In this document: positions 19,711-30,741 of the stretch, in pieces
How the letters are laid out: every line of letters begins with the position of its first letter
How positions within the stretch are numbered: the first letter of the stretch is position 1
IMG/VR virus record: IMGVR_UViG_3300025655_000017
Direction: 5' to 3' (one strand)
From: a virus
DNA: 64,000 nt
Position numbers and translations under genes: made by a program
The notes under the pieces: generated by a model
What the model saw: the letters and a program-made list of their open reading frames with translations, nothing else
Told to the model about the DNA's origin: nothing
Database searches by the model: none

Positions 19711-22700
19711 TGGAGAATAATTTTATTAATAGTGAAAGAGTTTTTAGTGACCTAGAATATACTTTGATCAGAAGTTCAAATATTCTTAGCCAAGAAGTTT
19801 CATACAATAATCAAGTTACAGGGCTTGACTATAATAATGTAACAACACAAAAAATAGATTTCTCACAACCTAATACCTATATAAAATATGGGTCATTATC
19901 CAATTTATTAAAGCTTGGTATTGAATCTATAATAATTAATTATCCTAAATCTCTTAAGATAGAAACTAATGTTATAGGTAGATCAATTAGTGATGTTAAC
20001 ATATATAATATTTCAAACTTAGGAAATAATCAAAGTTTTAAAATTAATACAAATTACATAAGTAATCCTTTAGAATTAGATTACAGGGTTAACGATTCTT
20101 TACTTAATTATTATTTTGAATATGATAATAACGTATATAAGATTTTATCATATTCATTGCCAAATTCTCTACGAAATTCAAGTATATCTTTAACGGTTGA
20201 GGGTAAACCTTTTAATAGTCTTTCTGCAATTAATATTAATGGCTATATTTTTAAAACTAGGGATGAAAGATTATTCACAGATTTTGAAAATTATTTACTA
20301 AGGGAAAGCTTTTTATTCCAGCGTCAGTTAGAAGAACAATATACATATACTTATAATGAAGAATTTAAGTTTCCATTAATAGATAAGTATAATTTAGATA
20401 TTAAAAGTGAGCTATATTTAACATTTTTAAATAGTCTTTTAGATATAGCGATATACTATGATGAAAATTATACTAATTTAGTTTCTAGGAAATATATACC
20501 CTCAATTTTACAAGAAATTACTTTAAGTTCTAATGGAACGTCTACACTAGGTAAAATTAATGTATTATTAGATGTTATAGCAGCATTTTTTGATAGAAAA
20601 TATATAGAATCAGTTTCTTTACAAGAAAAAGAAATAACTTATGACTTTTTATCAGAACAAGATAGATATTCTATCTTATATGAACTGAATAAATTTGGAA
20701 TAAAGATTAATAGTACTAACGTAGGTTTATTTAGTATTTTCTTTTTATACCTAAACCGTTTTTATTTACAGTTTAATAAAGATAGTTTTTTTACCATACA
20801 GGAAATACTCAACATTATGGGTATTCCAGATGAACTAATAGAATATAATGAGTACGTATATATTTATGAACCTATTAACATAGATTATTTAAACAATGTA
20901 TTATTAAAAAAATATGAGTTAATAGATTTACCATTAAATGCAGATGGTAGTGTAAATTTAGAGAGAATTAACACGCATTTTCAATCTAGTACTTATATTT
21001 CTAATTTAGAAAAAATAGTCAATGCAGAAAACAGTGGTTTATTTAATGAAGAGCAATTTAAAACCAATCTTTATTTAACTTATAAGACCGACTTTAATAC
21101 TGATGAAACTTTTTTTGATGTTGTAACAGAAGATACTTGTTTTATTATAAGTGGAGGTACTACTAGTTTTCTTCCTAAAATAATTGTTGATGAGTGTGGT
21201 TGCCCACTTGACCTAGATGATTTATCATATCAACTTGAAACTACTCATAATGATCCATATTCACTTTCTTGCCCAAAATTGCTTTTGGATATTGTTACCG
21301 AGTGTACTAGTTATGTGAGCAGCGGATTTACAGGTGATACAGAATGTTCTATTTCAGGTATTATTGTATCATCAGATGACCAATTAAATAAAGCAACAAT
21401 TAATATTAACACTTTAAATGTTGACATGAAGTATAAAATATTAATTGCCGATACTTGTCAGGGTAATAGAGTTATCGAAAGAGATAGCCTAATATCTTGT
21501 GAGGTATTTAGACGTTATACCAATGATGCCTTTTTTGGTGCATCTGGTTATGTAACGTCTATAAGATTATATGATACTTTAGGTAATATTCCATTAGATA
21601 TTAATTTAAATCCATATAGTAGCCCACACCTAACAGGATTTTATGGCAGTGTAACAACAAGTCAATTATTATATTCAAGTATTAATTGGGTAGGTAATAT
21701 TAAAAAGCTAATTAGAAATGCACTATATGATATTTATGGTGCCGAAGATGGAGTGTCATATGTTTTAGATGTCAATGATTTTTTAGATGGTAATATAGAA
21801 ATATGTTTTCTCTGTAAAAATAATGTGTTATTACCGCAATATAACATAGGCATAAATGAAAATGACCCACTTATAACATATTTTGATGGTGTCAATTCTC
21901 AATTTATCACTAACAGTAAATTAAAATATATTATTAATGATTTAATAGATACTGTTCCCACCATTTTAGGTAATTTAACATTTAGTGGAATGGTAAACGA
22001 TGGTGAATTATCTAACATTAATGGCAATTATAACTTTATTTCGTCTGTAACTGAAACATTATCATTGATTAATGTAAGTAATAATGGAGTTCTAACAGGA
22101 TTGACTACTATGCCAATTACATCAGAAGATGTGATAAGCGGGGCTTTTTTAAATTATACAACGTATGGCGGCATTGGCAATTTAACATTTAATGGTAATC
22201 AACCCCATCAATTTTTAAGTTCAGGTGAAACATTTTTTTCATATTTTACAGATGAAAATGGATGCCAGTCTAATTTAGTTTCAGGGGTAGTGTTGTGCCC
22301 TCCCGATCCATGTCTTTTTCAAGAGGTGGTTGAAACTATTAGAGTTACAACAAGTATAACTGAAACAACTGAAACTCTAAGTTGTCCTGATATAGCATTA
22401 ACATGGGCATTAGACCCAGTAGAATTACCAAATGATGGTTCTCCTAGTACTTACTCATTAAGTTTAAGATTTGAAAATTTTGTTGCTGATAATATTGATT
22501 ATTTTGATGGTATTATAACTTTTCCATCATATCCTCTCAATGAACCTATATTATTTACAGGCAATATAATACAAACTTACCACAGTATAAGTGCAACCGT
22601 TTTTAATACTCAAACGGTGGATTTTTTATTAAATTTAAAAGTTTATATTAATGGTAAATGTGGGGTTTATGATTATGAAGTATTAATATCCCTACCTTTT

Positions 22701-23402
22701 GACGATTCGGCAGTAGGGAATGCATTAATTACAAAAGAAAATATAGTTATAACTAACGAGGTATCCACAATTGTAACAGAAACAGTTTATGAATTAATAG
22801 GAGGAACACCAATATTGTCTTCAAATATTTCTTGTGCTGATAATGTAGCCACTGTTAATTTAACAGTAAGTGGAGGTACTGCACCTTTTAATTATTATGG
22901 ATTGATAGATGGACAAGAAATAACAGAAAATGGTATCTATTCTGTCTATGTAGAAGATTCTAATGGCTGTAAATCAGATGTTATAGAAGTTTTAATAGAT
23001 TGTATCACTGAGGTTAATTGTAGCCCTATAACTCTTATATCTGCGTTAGAAACCACTTCTTCTGATGATGAAAACAATACTTCTACTTTAACATACTCAT
23101 ATAGAGTTGATTTTACTAATATTAGTGACCGAATAGATGAGGTAGGGTTAACAGTTCAAGGAATAAATGGTTCTGAGCTATATATGTTAGGCAATCCAGT
23201 TATACAAACATTTAGTACTGACTTTGGAGCAAAACAAATTTTCTTTAATTACAATCCATTTTCACCCATTTTAACATATGTTAAAATTTTTATGGTTGTA
23301 AAATTAGAGAATGGATGTATATATAGTAGTGTTCATGAGTTATCAGTAGATGGTTCAACATTAATGAGTAGGCAGGAACAACAATTTATATTAGATAATT
23401 AA
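19710..23402 (+). CDS. large putative baseplate/tail-associated protein with SprB-like repeats
   Basis: 1230 aa; Cys-rich C-terminal half; VSGGTAPFNY...YSVYVEDSNGC and a degenerate copy GGIGNL...FTDENGC. Confidence 0.6.
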   Translation: MENNFINSERVFSDLEYTLIRSSNILSQEVSYNNQVTGLDYNNVTTQKIDFSQPNTYIKYGSLSNLLKLGIESIIINYPKSLKIETNVIGRSISDVNIYNISNLGNNQSFKINTNYISNPLELDYRVNDSLLNYYFEYDNNVYKILSYSLPNSLRNSSISLTVEGKPFNSLSAININGYIFKTRDERLFTDFENYLLRESFLFQRQLEEQYTYTYNEEFKFPLIDKYNLDIKSELYLTFLNSLLDIAIYYDENYTNLVSRKYIPSILQEITLSSNGTSTLGKINVLLDVIAAFFDRKYIESVSLQEKEITYDFLSEQDRYSILYELNKFGIKINSTNVGLFSIFFLYLNRFYLQFNKDSFFTIQEILNIMGIPDELIEYNEYVYIYEPINIDYLNNVLLKKYELIDLPLNADGSVNLERINTHFQSSTYISNLEKIVNAENSGLFNEEQFKTNLYLTYKTDFNTDETFFDVVTEDTCFIISGGTTSFLPKIIVDECGCPLDLDDLSYQLETTHNDPYSLSCPKLLLDIVTECTSYVSSGFTGDTECSISGIIVSSDDQLNKATININTLNVDMKYKILIADTCQGNRVIERDSLISCEVFRRYTNDAFFGASGYVTSIRLYDTLGNIPLDINLNPYSSPHLTGFYGSVTTSQLLYSSINWVGNIKKLIRNALYDIYGAEDGVSYVLDVNDFLDGNIEICFLCKNNVLLPQYNIGINENDPLITYFDGVNSQFITNSKLKYIINDLIDTVPTILGNLTFSGMVNDGELSNINGNYNFISSVTETLSLINVSNNGVLTGLTTMPITSEDVISGAFLNYTTYGGIGNLTFNGNQPHQFLSSGETFFSYFTDENGCQSNLVSGVVLCPPDPCLFQEVVETIRVTTSITETTETLSCPDIALTWALDPVELPNDGSPSTYSLSLRFENFVADNIDYFDGIITFPSYPLNEPILFTGNIIQTYHSISATVFNTQTVDFLLNLKVYINGKCGVYDYEVLISLPFDDSAVGNALITKENIVITNEVSTIVTETVYELIGGTPILSSNISCADNVATVNLTVSGGTAPFNYYGLIDGQEITENGIYSVYVEDSNGCKSDVIEVLIDCITEVNCSPITLISALETTSSDDENNTSTLTYSYRVDFTNISDRIDEVGLTVQGINGSELYMLGNPVIQTFSTDFGAKQIFFNYNPFSPILTYVKIFMVVKLENGCIYSSVHELSVDGSTLMSRQEQQFILDN

Positions 23403-23404
23403 AT

Positions 23405-25441
23405 ATGTGTGGAAATTTAACAATAGTTAGTACTTTAAATGTTTTATCTTCAAGTGATCTAACACTGAATTTAACTGTAGATTTGTCTTTTGATGGTACT
23501 ACTAGTCCTAATTTGATTGGCTACTATAAAATGTTAGATGTTGATATAACAAGAGAGTTAACTTTTCCCCAGACTGTTATATCTCTTGTTAATGAGGGTA
23601 CTAATATCGAATATACCATTATTTGTGGAGATACAATTTATACGTGTGATGTATCTCCTACTAATTTAGTTGAAGAAATTTCACCAACAAATCAAACTTA
23701 TGTTGTTACTTGTAATAATTTAAACGGCAGATTAAATGTTATATCTGGTTGTACCAACCCAAATGCTTCTAATTATAATCCATTTGCTAATTTTAACGAT
23801 GGATCATGTTATTTTATATCTGGGTGTACAATTCCTTTAGCTGATAATTATAATCCCTTAGCTGCAATAGATGATGGATCGTGTGAATGTTCAAACTATG
23901 ATGTTTATTTTAGATTAGATGAAATTAATGATGTAATAAATATTACTCCATCTAGCGGTGAAACTTGCATGATTTCAGTAAAATTTAAATATGCAGTAGA
24001 AATAAACTGCGATAGTATCACTGATAGAATCTTAGAAAATAATATTAGACTTACTGATAAATTAAATGATTTACAAATTGATTTAAATCTGTATAATATT
24101 TCTGGTGATGTTATTATGTCACAGCGGATATACACATATGATGAAAATCTTTCATTATATGGAGATGAAGGATTATGCAATTCAGTTTATGATTTATATT
24201 CATTTGAAAATGGGTTAAATTGTGATGATGATGTTTTGAGAAGATTTATACCTCAATATTTGAAAGCTGAAAAGGTTTTTCTTTTAAGTGAACCTGATAT
24301 TAGAGTAGGGTTAAATATTTCAAATTTTGATTTTGACCATAGAGTTCATATAGATGAGGTAGAAATTACTGTTTTTTGCAATGAAACAGTAAATGTTTGT
24401 AGATTAATTCCTGATACTTTTGGTTTTAATTTATATAAATCTATTTCAATTAAAGTTAACGATGAACGCGAGTATTTACTTAATTCAAAAGAAATTGATT
24501 TAAAAGTTAGTCCTCTTTATCATATTAATAATGATGTTATTAAATATTTTAATAAATATGGTTTCTATGGTAAACGAGATAGATTATTTGCACTTACATT
24601 AGACGAAGTAAAATACGAACTAATAAATGTAAGATCGAGAAAGACAGACAGTAAATATTTTCATAAACACGATATATATGACATATATTTAAGTAATCAA
24701 GAATCATGTTCTTTACCAAATAATCAATTAGAATATGATTATTTAGATGCTATATATGGGATTATTCCCAATAACTGGAATACTGTTATTGAACCATTTA
24801 TTGATCCCACTTTAATTAGAAATAATAGCACCTATATTTATGGAAATAACATATTCCACTGTGATAAATATGTTTATCGCAAATATACGTTAGATAAGGG
24901 ATGTGATGCAGATGTCGATAATACTGTTGAAATTATCAATGATGATATATGTATTGCAAATAGTGAATATAAATCAAGATTTGAACTAATATCAGCAATT
25001 AATGATTTATGCGTACCTTGTGAGGGTACTGGTATTACTTATTCTTTCTTTGATGATGGCATAAGTGAATCGGGGAGGTTAATACAATATACAGGAGATA
25101 CCTTTACAGGTATAACTGAAGTTATTAATTTTGATACAAATATTTTTTCAGATTGTGAGTGTGTTCCTGTTAATATAGAAATTACAGCATATTCTATTCC
25201 TTCCAAGAATGTATTATTTGTTGAATTTATAACAAGTGGAGTTAATGATGTTAGTGAAATAAAAGCTTATGTTGATGGAGTATTACAAACGGGTATAAAT
25301 ACAAATATTAATTTTGACTTTAATACCCAAGCGGGAAACTATACTTATACAAACCATCAATTTGCAATTGATATACTTATTATAGTAGAAAATAACTGTG
25401 GAACTGACTCAGATGAATTAGTAGGTATTCCTACATTTTAA
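23405..25441 (+). CDS. putative tail/adhesion protein with GCT-x-P-x-A-x-NYNP-x-A-x-x-DGSC repeats
   Basis: Two tandem repeats, GCTNPNASNYNPFANFNDGSC and GCTIPLADNYNPLAAIDDGSC. Confidence 0.6.
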   Translation: MCGNLTIVSTLNVLSSSDLTLNLTVDLSFDGTTSPNLIGYYKMLDVDITRELTFPQTVISLVNEGTNIEYTIICGDTIYTCDVSPTNLVEEISPTNQTYVVTCNNLNGRLNVISGCTNPNASNYNPFANFNDGSCYFISGCTIPLADNYNPLAAIDDGSCECSNYDVYFRLDEINDVINITPSSGETCMISVKFKYAVEINCDSITDRILENNIRLTDKLNDLQIDLNLYNISGDVIMSQRIYTYDENLSLYGDEGLCNSVYDLYSFENGLNCDDDVLRRFIPQYLKAEKVFLLSEPDIRVGLNISNFDFDHRVHIDEVEITVFCNETVNVCRLIPDTFGFNLYKSISIKVNDEREYLLNSKEIDLKVSPLYHINNDVIKYFNKYGFYGKRDRLFALTLDEVKYELINVRSRKTDSKYFHKHDIYDIYLSNQESCSLPNNQLEYDYLDAIYGIIPNNWNTVIEPFIDPTLIRNNSTYIYGNNIFHCDKYVYRKYTLDKGCDADVDNTVEIINDDICIANSEYKSRFELISAINDLCVPCEGTGITYSFFDDGISESGRLIQYTGDTFTGITEVINFDTNIFSDCECVPVNIEITAYSIPSKNVLFVEFITSGVNDVSEIKAYVDGVLQTGINTNINFDFNTQAGNYTYTNHQFAIDILIIVENNCGTDSDELVGIPTF

Positions 25442-25455
25442 TATAAACAAAGATT

Positions 25456-27534
25456 ATGTCATATATAGTTGAAAGAGGAGAAAAATTAATCCTAACAAAA
25501 GTAACTGAAAGAGGAAGAAGAGCTATCGCAAGAGGTAACTTTAATTTTTCTTTTTATAGTTTAGGTGATAGCGAAATAGATTATAAAAATACTGATGGAT
25601 TAGCTTTAATAAAACCTAAAGATAATCACCCTACTCAAGTTTCTTTTCTTTCATTGGCAGATGAAGAAAAATATATCCCATTAACTACATTAAATTCTAA
25701 TGTAGTTAAATTTTCTATTAAAAATAAGGCAAAAACTAGAGGTTTTTTTGATGAATGTTTTATTGATAATGCCACTTTTTTAGAAGAATGTACTAAAATA
25801 CAAGGAACATTCAAACTAGATAAATTAAATGGTACTAAAATATTGGATTTATCTGGTGTTATTGATAATACAGAGTTTAATCTTTTAAATGATGGTGATA
25901 TTATAAAAATTAAAATACCTAATTTAGCTATACCTACAAGTGGTTATACAACTACTGTTGATCCTCAACCGTATTTATATTTTGCATTGGAGAAAAATAG
26001 TATGAGTCCTGTTTTAAGTGTAGATAGATTTTTACCATCATATAACTATGTGAGTAATGGATCACTAATTGATGTTGCGTTTTGGGTTTTACCTAGAAAG
26101 GAAGATGCCATCACATATTACTCGCCTAGTGGACAAACAATAGAGTGGAATTCAGAATTATTGGAGTTTTATGAAAATTGTGAAAGTGGCGACACTAAAG
26201 TTTGGAATTTTAATAGGGTATTTTGTGATAGTGTAATAGGTACTATTGAATGTGAAGAAGACTATCAGAATTATGGCTCACAGAATTATAGTTCTTTATT
26301 AGTTTACCTAAATGCATGTAAGGCATGTTCTGACATCTCTTCTACTAATTGTAATGATAACCTAGAATCCAGTGAATTACCAAATACCTCATTATCTATT
26401 ATTCATTTTTCTAATTTTAACACAAGGAATGAATATGGAGAATACCTATACATTGACTCTGTAAATAAATTTTATTTATGTTTACCAGAATTAATGTGGC
26501 ATAATAGAGATTTTGGCGGCTCCAAATTAGGTGATATTATGGGGATGAGATTTGTTAGCGATGTAACAAAAAAATATTTCTACCCTGAAACATTAAATTT
26601 AGAATATTTTGACCTAATTGAAGATGGGTTTTATGTTCAAAGTGGTGTTACTCCTCTAGTAGTAGGAAAAGTTTTCCCATCTTTGAAAATGGCTATTATC
26701 GAAAATGAAGAATTACAGACTGTTCTTTCATACAAATCTAATAGAAGCTACTCTTTACCTAAATTAAAGGCCAGACAAATTTCACCAACTGGTGGCGTTA
26801 ATACAGGTATTTTAAAAAGGGGTAAAAGAATATATCTAACATATTACTTAGAATCAAACAATGGTATTTTAAACGTATTACCTCAAGGAGTTATTAGTTA
26901 CTTAGATAATGTGGGCAATATTGACCGGGATGTGGATTTTACTATTGAAGATGTAAATAAATTTCCTTATATGAGAAACTTAAATGATGGAAACTATGAT
27001 GGATTAGGGTTTTTTGCAAATAAATTTAAAGTATTGTATCAAATACAGGATGTAGGGGTATACCCAAAATCAGATGAATGGCAAATTGTTGATTTTACGA
27101 ATAATATTATTTTGAACAATGAGCCTTTGGGAACCATTGAACCGTTGATCCTAGAACGACAACTTGCATCAGATAATAATTTTATCTTAAATGAGGCTCG
27201 TGTAGAAATGCATGGTTTAGGTTTATATGATAATACTTATTTCTGTATAGCATGTGACTCATCTAACTTAACAATGGGGGATGAAAGACTGTTTATTGGG
27301 AATGTTGAAACCTATATAGGAGCGGCTGTCTATAAAAAAGTAATAAATATTATTATAAAATCACCAGATTTGAAAAAAACTGATAATAATAGTTATGAAA
27401 TTGGGAACAAGTTTTTAAGTGAGATTTCATTTTATAATTCTGATTATGAGCAAATTGCAGTATCTAAATTATCAAGACCTGTTCAAATAAGAGAAAATAG
27501 TACAACAGAAATTGAAATAATTTTTGATTTTTAA
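25456..27534 (+). CDS. putative tail/baseplate protein (tail-collar-like termini)
   Basis: N-terminal KVTERGRRAIARG...LGDSEIDY; C-terminal EISFYN..QIAVSKLSRPV. Confidence 0.55.
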   Translation: MSYIVERGEKLILTKVTERGRRAIARGNFNFSFYSLGDSEIDYKNTDGLALIKPKDNHPTQVSFLSLADEEKYIPLTTLNSNVVKFSIKNKAKTRGFFDECFIDNATFLEECTKIQGTFKLDKLNGTKILDLSGVIDNTEFNLLNDGDIIKIKIPNLAIPTSGYTTTVDPQPYLYFALEKNSMSPVLSVDRFLPSYNYVSNGSLIDVAFWVLPRKEDAITYYSPSGQTIEWNSELLEFYENCESGDTKVWNFNRVFCDSVIGTIECEEDYQNYGSQNYSSLLVYLNACKACSDISSTNCNDNLESSELPNTSLSIIHFSNFNTRNEYGEYLYIDSVNKFYLCLPELMWHNRDFGGSKLGDIMGMRFVSDVTKKYFYPETLNLEYFDLIEDGFYVQSGVTPLVVGKVFPSLKMAIIENEELQTVLSYKSNRSYSLPKLKARQISPTGGVNTGILKRGKRIYLTYYLESNNGILNVLPQGVISYLDNVGNIDRDVDFTIEDVNKFPYMRNLNDGNYDGLGFFANKFKVLYQIQDVGVYPKSDEWQIVDFTNNIILNNEPLGTIEPLILERQLASDNNFILNEARVEMHGLGLYDNTYFCIACDSSNLTMGDERLFIGNVETYIGAAVYKKVINIIIKSPDLKKTDNNSYEIGNKFLSEISFYNSDYEQIAVSKLSRPVQIRENSTTEIEIIFDF

Positions 27535-27566
27535 TTAGGTTAATTAAAATATTGTTCTTATATTTG
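27535..27566 (+). promoter_or_regulatory. Bacteroidota-type promoter for the replication/recombination operon
   Basis: TTAG...TATATTTG. Confidence 0.6.
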
Positions 27567-27585
27567 CCCTATAAACTAAAATAGG

Positions 27586-28908
27586 TTGAAAATAGGGAAT
27601 AATTTATTTGAAGAATTATCATATTCAGAAGTTTTTTTAGAAGAGGATAATCACATCTACATAAATAAAGTCACTGGAAAATTTTACAATTCAGTGACAG
27701 GGTTACTTTCATTGATAAAAAATGAATTTAACCAAGATGAGGCTATAAAAGGCATAACTCGTCAATACCAAACTTTTCTTAGTTGGTTTAATTTTAGTAA
27801 AATTCCATCAGAACATTTAATTGAATATCTTTCTCTTTATATAAATTATAGGCAGTTTACAGTAAGAGAAGAAAAAGAATTTGAAGGTCGTAAATATTCG
27901 GGTTATGCCATGCAATTAAAAGATTATGTTACCCCATCAGAATTTTATATTGAATATTCTTTTTTAAAAGAAACTCAAGAAATTAAGCGTAAAAAAAATA
28001 TATATATAGGACAAGATGGTAAATTAATGAATAAGGCTAGTATATTGGAAATGTGGAAAGACATGACTGATATAGCTAATCATTATGGTAACATAGTACA
28101 CGTTACTTTAGAGAGAGAAATCTTGGAAAAACAAGGGCTACTTGATTTAAAAAATGATGTTTTATTACAAGCCATACAAGACCATTTTTTTTGGATTAAA
28201 AAACATCTTCCACTTTTTTATGAAAAATATCCAAACTCAAATCATTCTTTTGAAGAATATGAATTAAATTGCACTTTAGGAGAATTAATGACTCATATTA
28301 TTATTGAGTTTTACAAAGTACACCAATTTGTAGGAAGATGTATTGTACCTGAAAAGAGATTATTATATAAAAATTTAACTGGTACAAAAGACATTCATGA
28401 AGATATAGATGGTTATCTTTTTAATACAGGTGACCATAAAACAAATAAGGATTTTTCTTTTACGTCAGAGTATAATCAAAGATTATTAGCACCCTTTAAC
28501 CATTTAGTACAAAGTGAATTTAATCTTTATACTTTGCAATTATCAATATATAGCTTTATGGTAGAGCAAGTATATAATAAAAAATTAAATGGGCAATATA
28601 TTACCTATTATAATCGTAAATATGGAGCATTTAAGAAATTTGAGATTCCTTATTTAAAGGATGAGGCAGAAGTATTAATTCAGTTAAATACTGATTGGAT
28701 AGAAGAAAGAAAGAAACGATTCCTTTGTTCATCGTTAGGTGGTTTAATTGAAGCAACAATTAAACCTATATGGATGGATCATTTTGCTAAGTCTTTTTAC
28801 TACTTTGTTAAAAGTAGTAAAGAAAAGGGTGATACTGATGTAAAGGTATTTAAAGATTTTATTTTTCAATATGAGCATAAATATAAAAATGTAACTTATC
28901 ATGGATAG
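27586..28908 (+). CDS. PD-(D/E)XK exonuclease (Cas4/RecB-like)
   Basis: SVT, GNIVH, PEKRL...GTKD...DHKTNK, YTLQLSIY; TTG start. Confidence 0.75.
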   Translation: MKIGNNLFEELSYSEVFLEEDNHIYINKVTGKFYNSVTGLLSLIKNEFNQDEAIKGITRQYQTFLSWFNFSKIPSEHLIEYLSLYINYRQFTVREEKEFEGRKYSGYAMQLKDYVTPSEFYIEYSFLKETQEIKRKKNIYIGQDGKLMNKASILEMWKDMTDIANHYGNIVHVTLEREILEKQGLLDLKNDVLLQAIQDHFFWIKKHLPLFYEKYPNSNHSFEEYELNCTLGELMTHIIIEFYKVHQFVGRCIVPEKRLLYKNLTGTKDIHEDIDGYLFNTGDHKTNKDFSFTSEYNQRLLAPFNHLVQSEFNLYTLQLSIYSFMVEQVYNKKLNGQYITYYNRKYGAFKKFEIPYLKDEAEVLIQLNTDWIEERKKRFLCSSLGGLIEATIKPIWMDHFAKSFYYFVKSSKEKGDTDVKVFKDFIFQYEHKYKNVTYHG

Positions 28909-29647
28909 AATAGTTTTAAAACAAGGAGATTGTCTTGAATTAATGAAAGATATAGAAGATTCTAGCATTGATATGGTATTTGCAGATTTACCATATGGAA
29001 CAACTAAATGTAGATGGGACGTTGTTATTCCATTTGAACCATTATGGGAACAATATGAGCGAATTATTAAACCTAATGGAGCACTAGTATTCACAGCTTC
29101 TCAACCATTTACAAGTGCTTTAGTTATGAGCAACCCTAAAATGTTTAAATATGAATGGATATGGGAAAAATCAAAAGCTAGTAATTTTTTAAATGCTAAG
29201 AAAAATCCGTTGAAGGCTCATGAAAATATTCTTATCTTTGGAAAGAAAAAAGTTAATTATTATCCTTTAAAAATAGAAGGTAAACCCTATAATAAAGGAA
29301 AGCGGAAAACAGAAAATGGTTATGCAACAGATGTCTATGGTAAAATGGATAGTGATTTTTTGGTTGTAAATAAAAAAGGCTTGCGTTATCCAAGATCAGT
29401 ACAATATTTTAAAACTGCTGAATCAGAGGGTAAATATTTAGCTACTCAAAAACCAGTAGCATTAGTAGAATATTTCATAGAGACCTATAGCAAAGAAAAT
29501 GACATTGTTTTAGATAATGTTTTTGGTTCTTGTACAACAGGCATAGCCTGTATTAATAAAAATAGACGATTTTTGGGTTTTGAAAAAGACAACACGAATT
29601 TTAATATTGGTGAAAAAAGAATAAAAGAAAAATTTAATTTAATTTAA
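28901..29647 (+). CDS. DNA amino-methyltransferase (N6A/N4C, beta class)
   Basis: GDCLE, DLPYG, TQKP, VLDNVFGSCTTG. Confidence 0.9.
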   Translation: MDRIVLKQGDCLELMKDIEDSSIDMVFADLPYGTTKCRWDVVIPFEPLWEQYERIIKPNGALVFTASQPFTSALVMSNPKMFKYEWIWEKSKASNFLNAKKNPLKAHENILIFGKKKVNYYPLKIEGKPYNKGKRKTENGYATDVYGKMDSDFLVVNKKGLRYPRSVQYFKTAESEGKYLATQKPVALVEYFIETYSKENDIVLDNVFGSCTTGIACINKNRRFLGFEKDNTNFNIGEKRIKEKFNLI

Positions 29648-29649
29648 TT

Positions 29650-30741
29650 ATGAACAAAACAGAAAAAATGTTAAAGGGGTATGGGTTTGATGATGTAACA
29701 ATTATCCCTTATGCTGAAAACAGTATTAAATCAAGAGGTGAGATAGGGATCAATTTTAATGAGTTAATTTATGTATCTCCTATGGATAGCATCATTAATG
29801 ATGCCAACATAGATTTCTTCAGGAACAGAGGTATCATAGTACCACAAGTACGTAATATGTGGAAAAATGATAAATTAGCTAATTCGGGCTATGTTACTTT
29901 TTCATTGTCAGAAGCTAAGAATTTAATTGACCATAAAGAATCAGATGAGTTTGAATATATGAGCAATCAATTAAAAAATAATAAAAAAGTTAATTTACTA
30001 ATTGATATAGCAAATGGCCATTTAACCGAATTATGGTCTGTTTGTTCGCAGATAAAGTCTTATTATAAGGATTATCTATATCTTATAATTGGTAATATTG
30101 CAAATCCTAATACATATAAACATATATGTGACATGGAAATAGCAGATGCAGTAAGAGTGGGAATTGGAGGTGGTTCAAGATGTCATACATCATCTAAAAC
30201 TGCTATTCACTATCCAATTATTTCACTATTAAGTACAATCAAGGATATTAAAGATAAATATAATTATAAAGTTGATATTATAGCGGATGGTGGAATAAAA
30301 AATTCATCTGATATAATTAAGTGTTTTTGTGCAGGTGCTGATAAAGTTATGATGGGAAGTGTATTTGCAAAGACTTTAGAGTCTGCTGGTAAAAAATTTT
30401 TTACTGATGAAGATAAATATATTTTACCAGTAATGGATGCCAAAATTGATGGTATTGATATTGATATGGTGGAAAGATACCGTAGTGGACAAACAATATA
30501 TAGTGAATATAGAGGTATGTCAACTAAAGATGTACAAATAAAAGAGGGAAAAGCTGCACCAACTTACGAAGAAGGTTTTATTGAAAATATAAAAGTTGAA
30601 TATATGTTAGATGAACTTTTGATAGAAATTAATAACTCGTTAAGATCAGCTTTTTCTTATTGTAATGCGAGAACATTATCGGAATTTTATACAACTTCAA
30701 TTTTCATACAAAATTTTAATAATAACCACAATAGTTTATGA
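29650..30741 (+). CDS. GMP reductase / IMP dehydrogenase family protein
   Basis: FDDV, SPMDS, IDIANG, VGIGGGSRCHT (catalytic Cys), ADGGI, YRGMS. Confidence 0.85.
   Translation: MNKTEKMLKGYGFDDVTIIPYAENSIKSRGEIGINFNELIYVSPMDSIINDANIDFFRNRGIIVPQVRNMWKNDKLANSGYVTFSLSEAKNLIDHKESDEFEYMSNQLKNNKKVNLLIDIANGHLTELWSVCSQIKSYYKDYLYLIIGNIANPNTYKHICDMEIADAVRVGIGGGSRCHTSSKTAIHYPIISLLSTIKDIKDKYNYKVDIIADGGIKNSSDIIKCFCAGADKVMMGSVFAKTLESAGKKFFTDEDKYILPVMDAKIDGIDIDMVERYRSGQTIYSEYRGMSTKDVQIKEGKAAPTYEEGFIENIKVEYMLDELLIEINNSLRSAFSYCNARTLSEFYTTSIFIQNFNNNHNSL

Noticed and set aside
27586-28908. Cas4-like nuclease suggesting a CRISPR locus
   Set aside because: No repeat-spacer array or other cas genes were seen; stand-alone PD-(D/E)XK exonucleases are common in phage replication modules.
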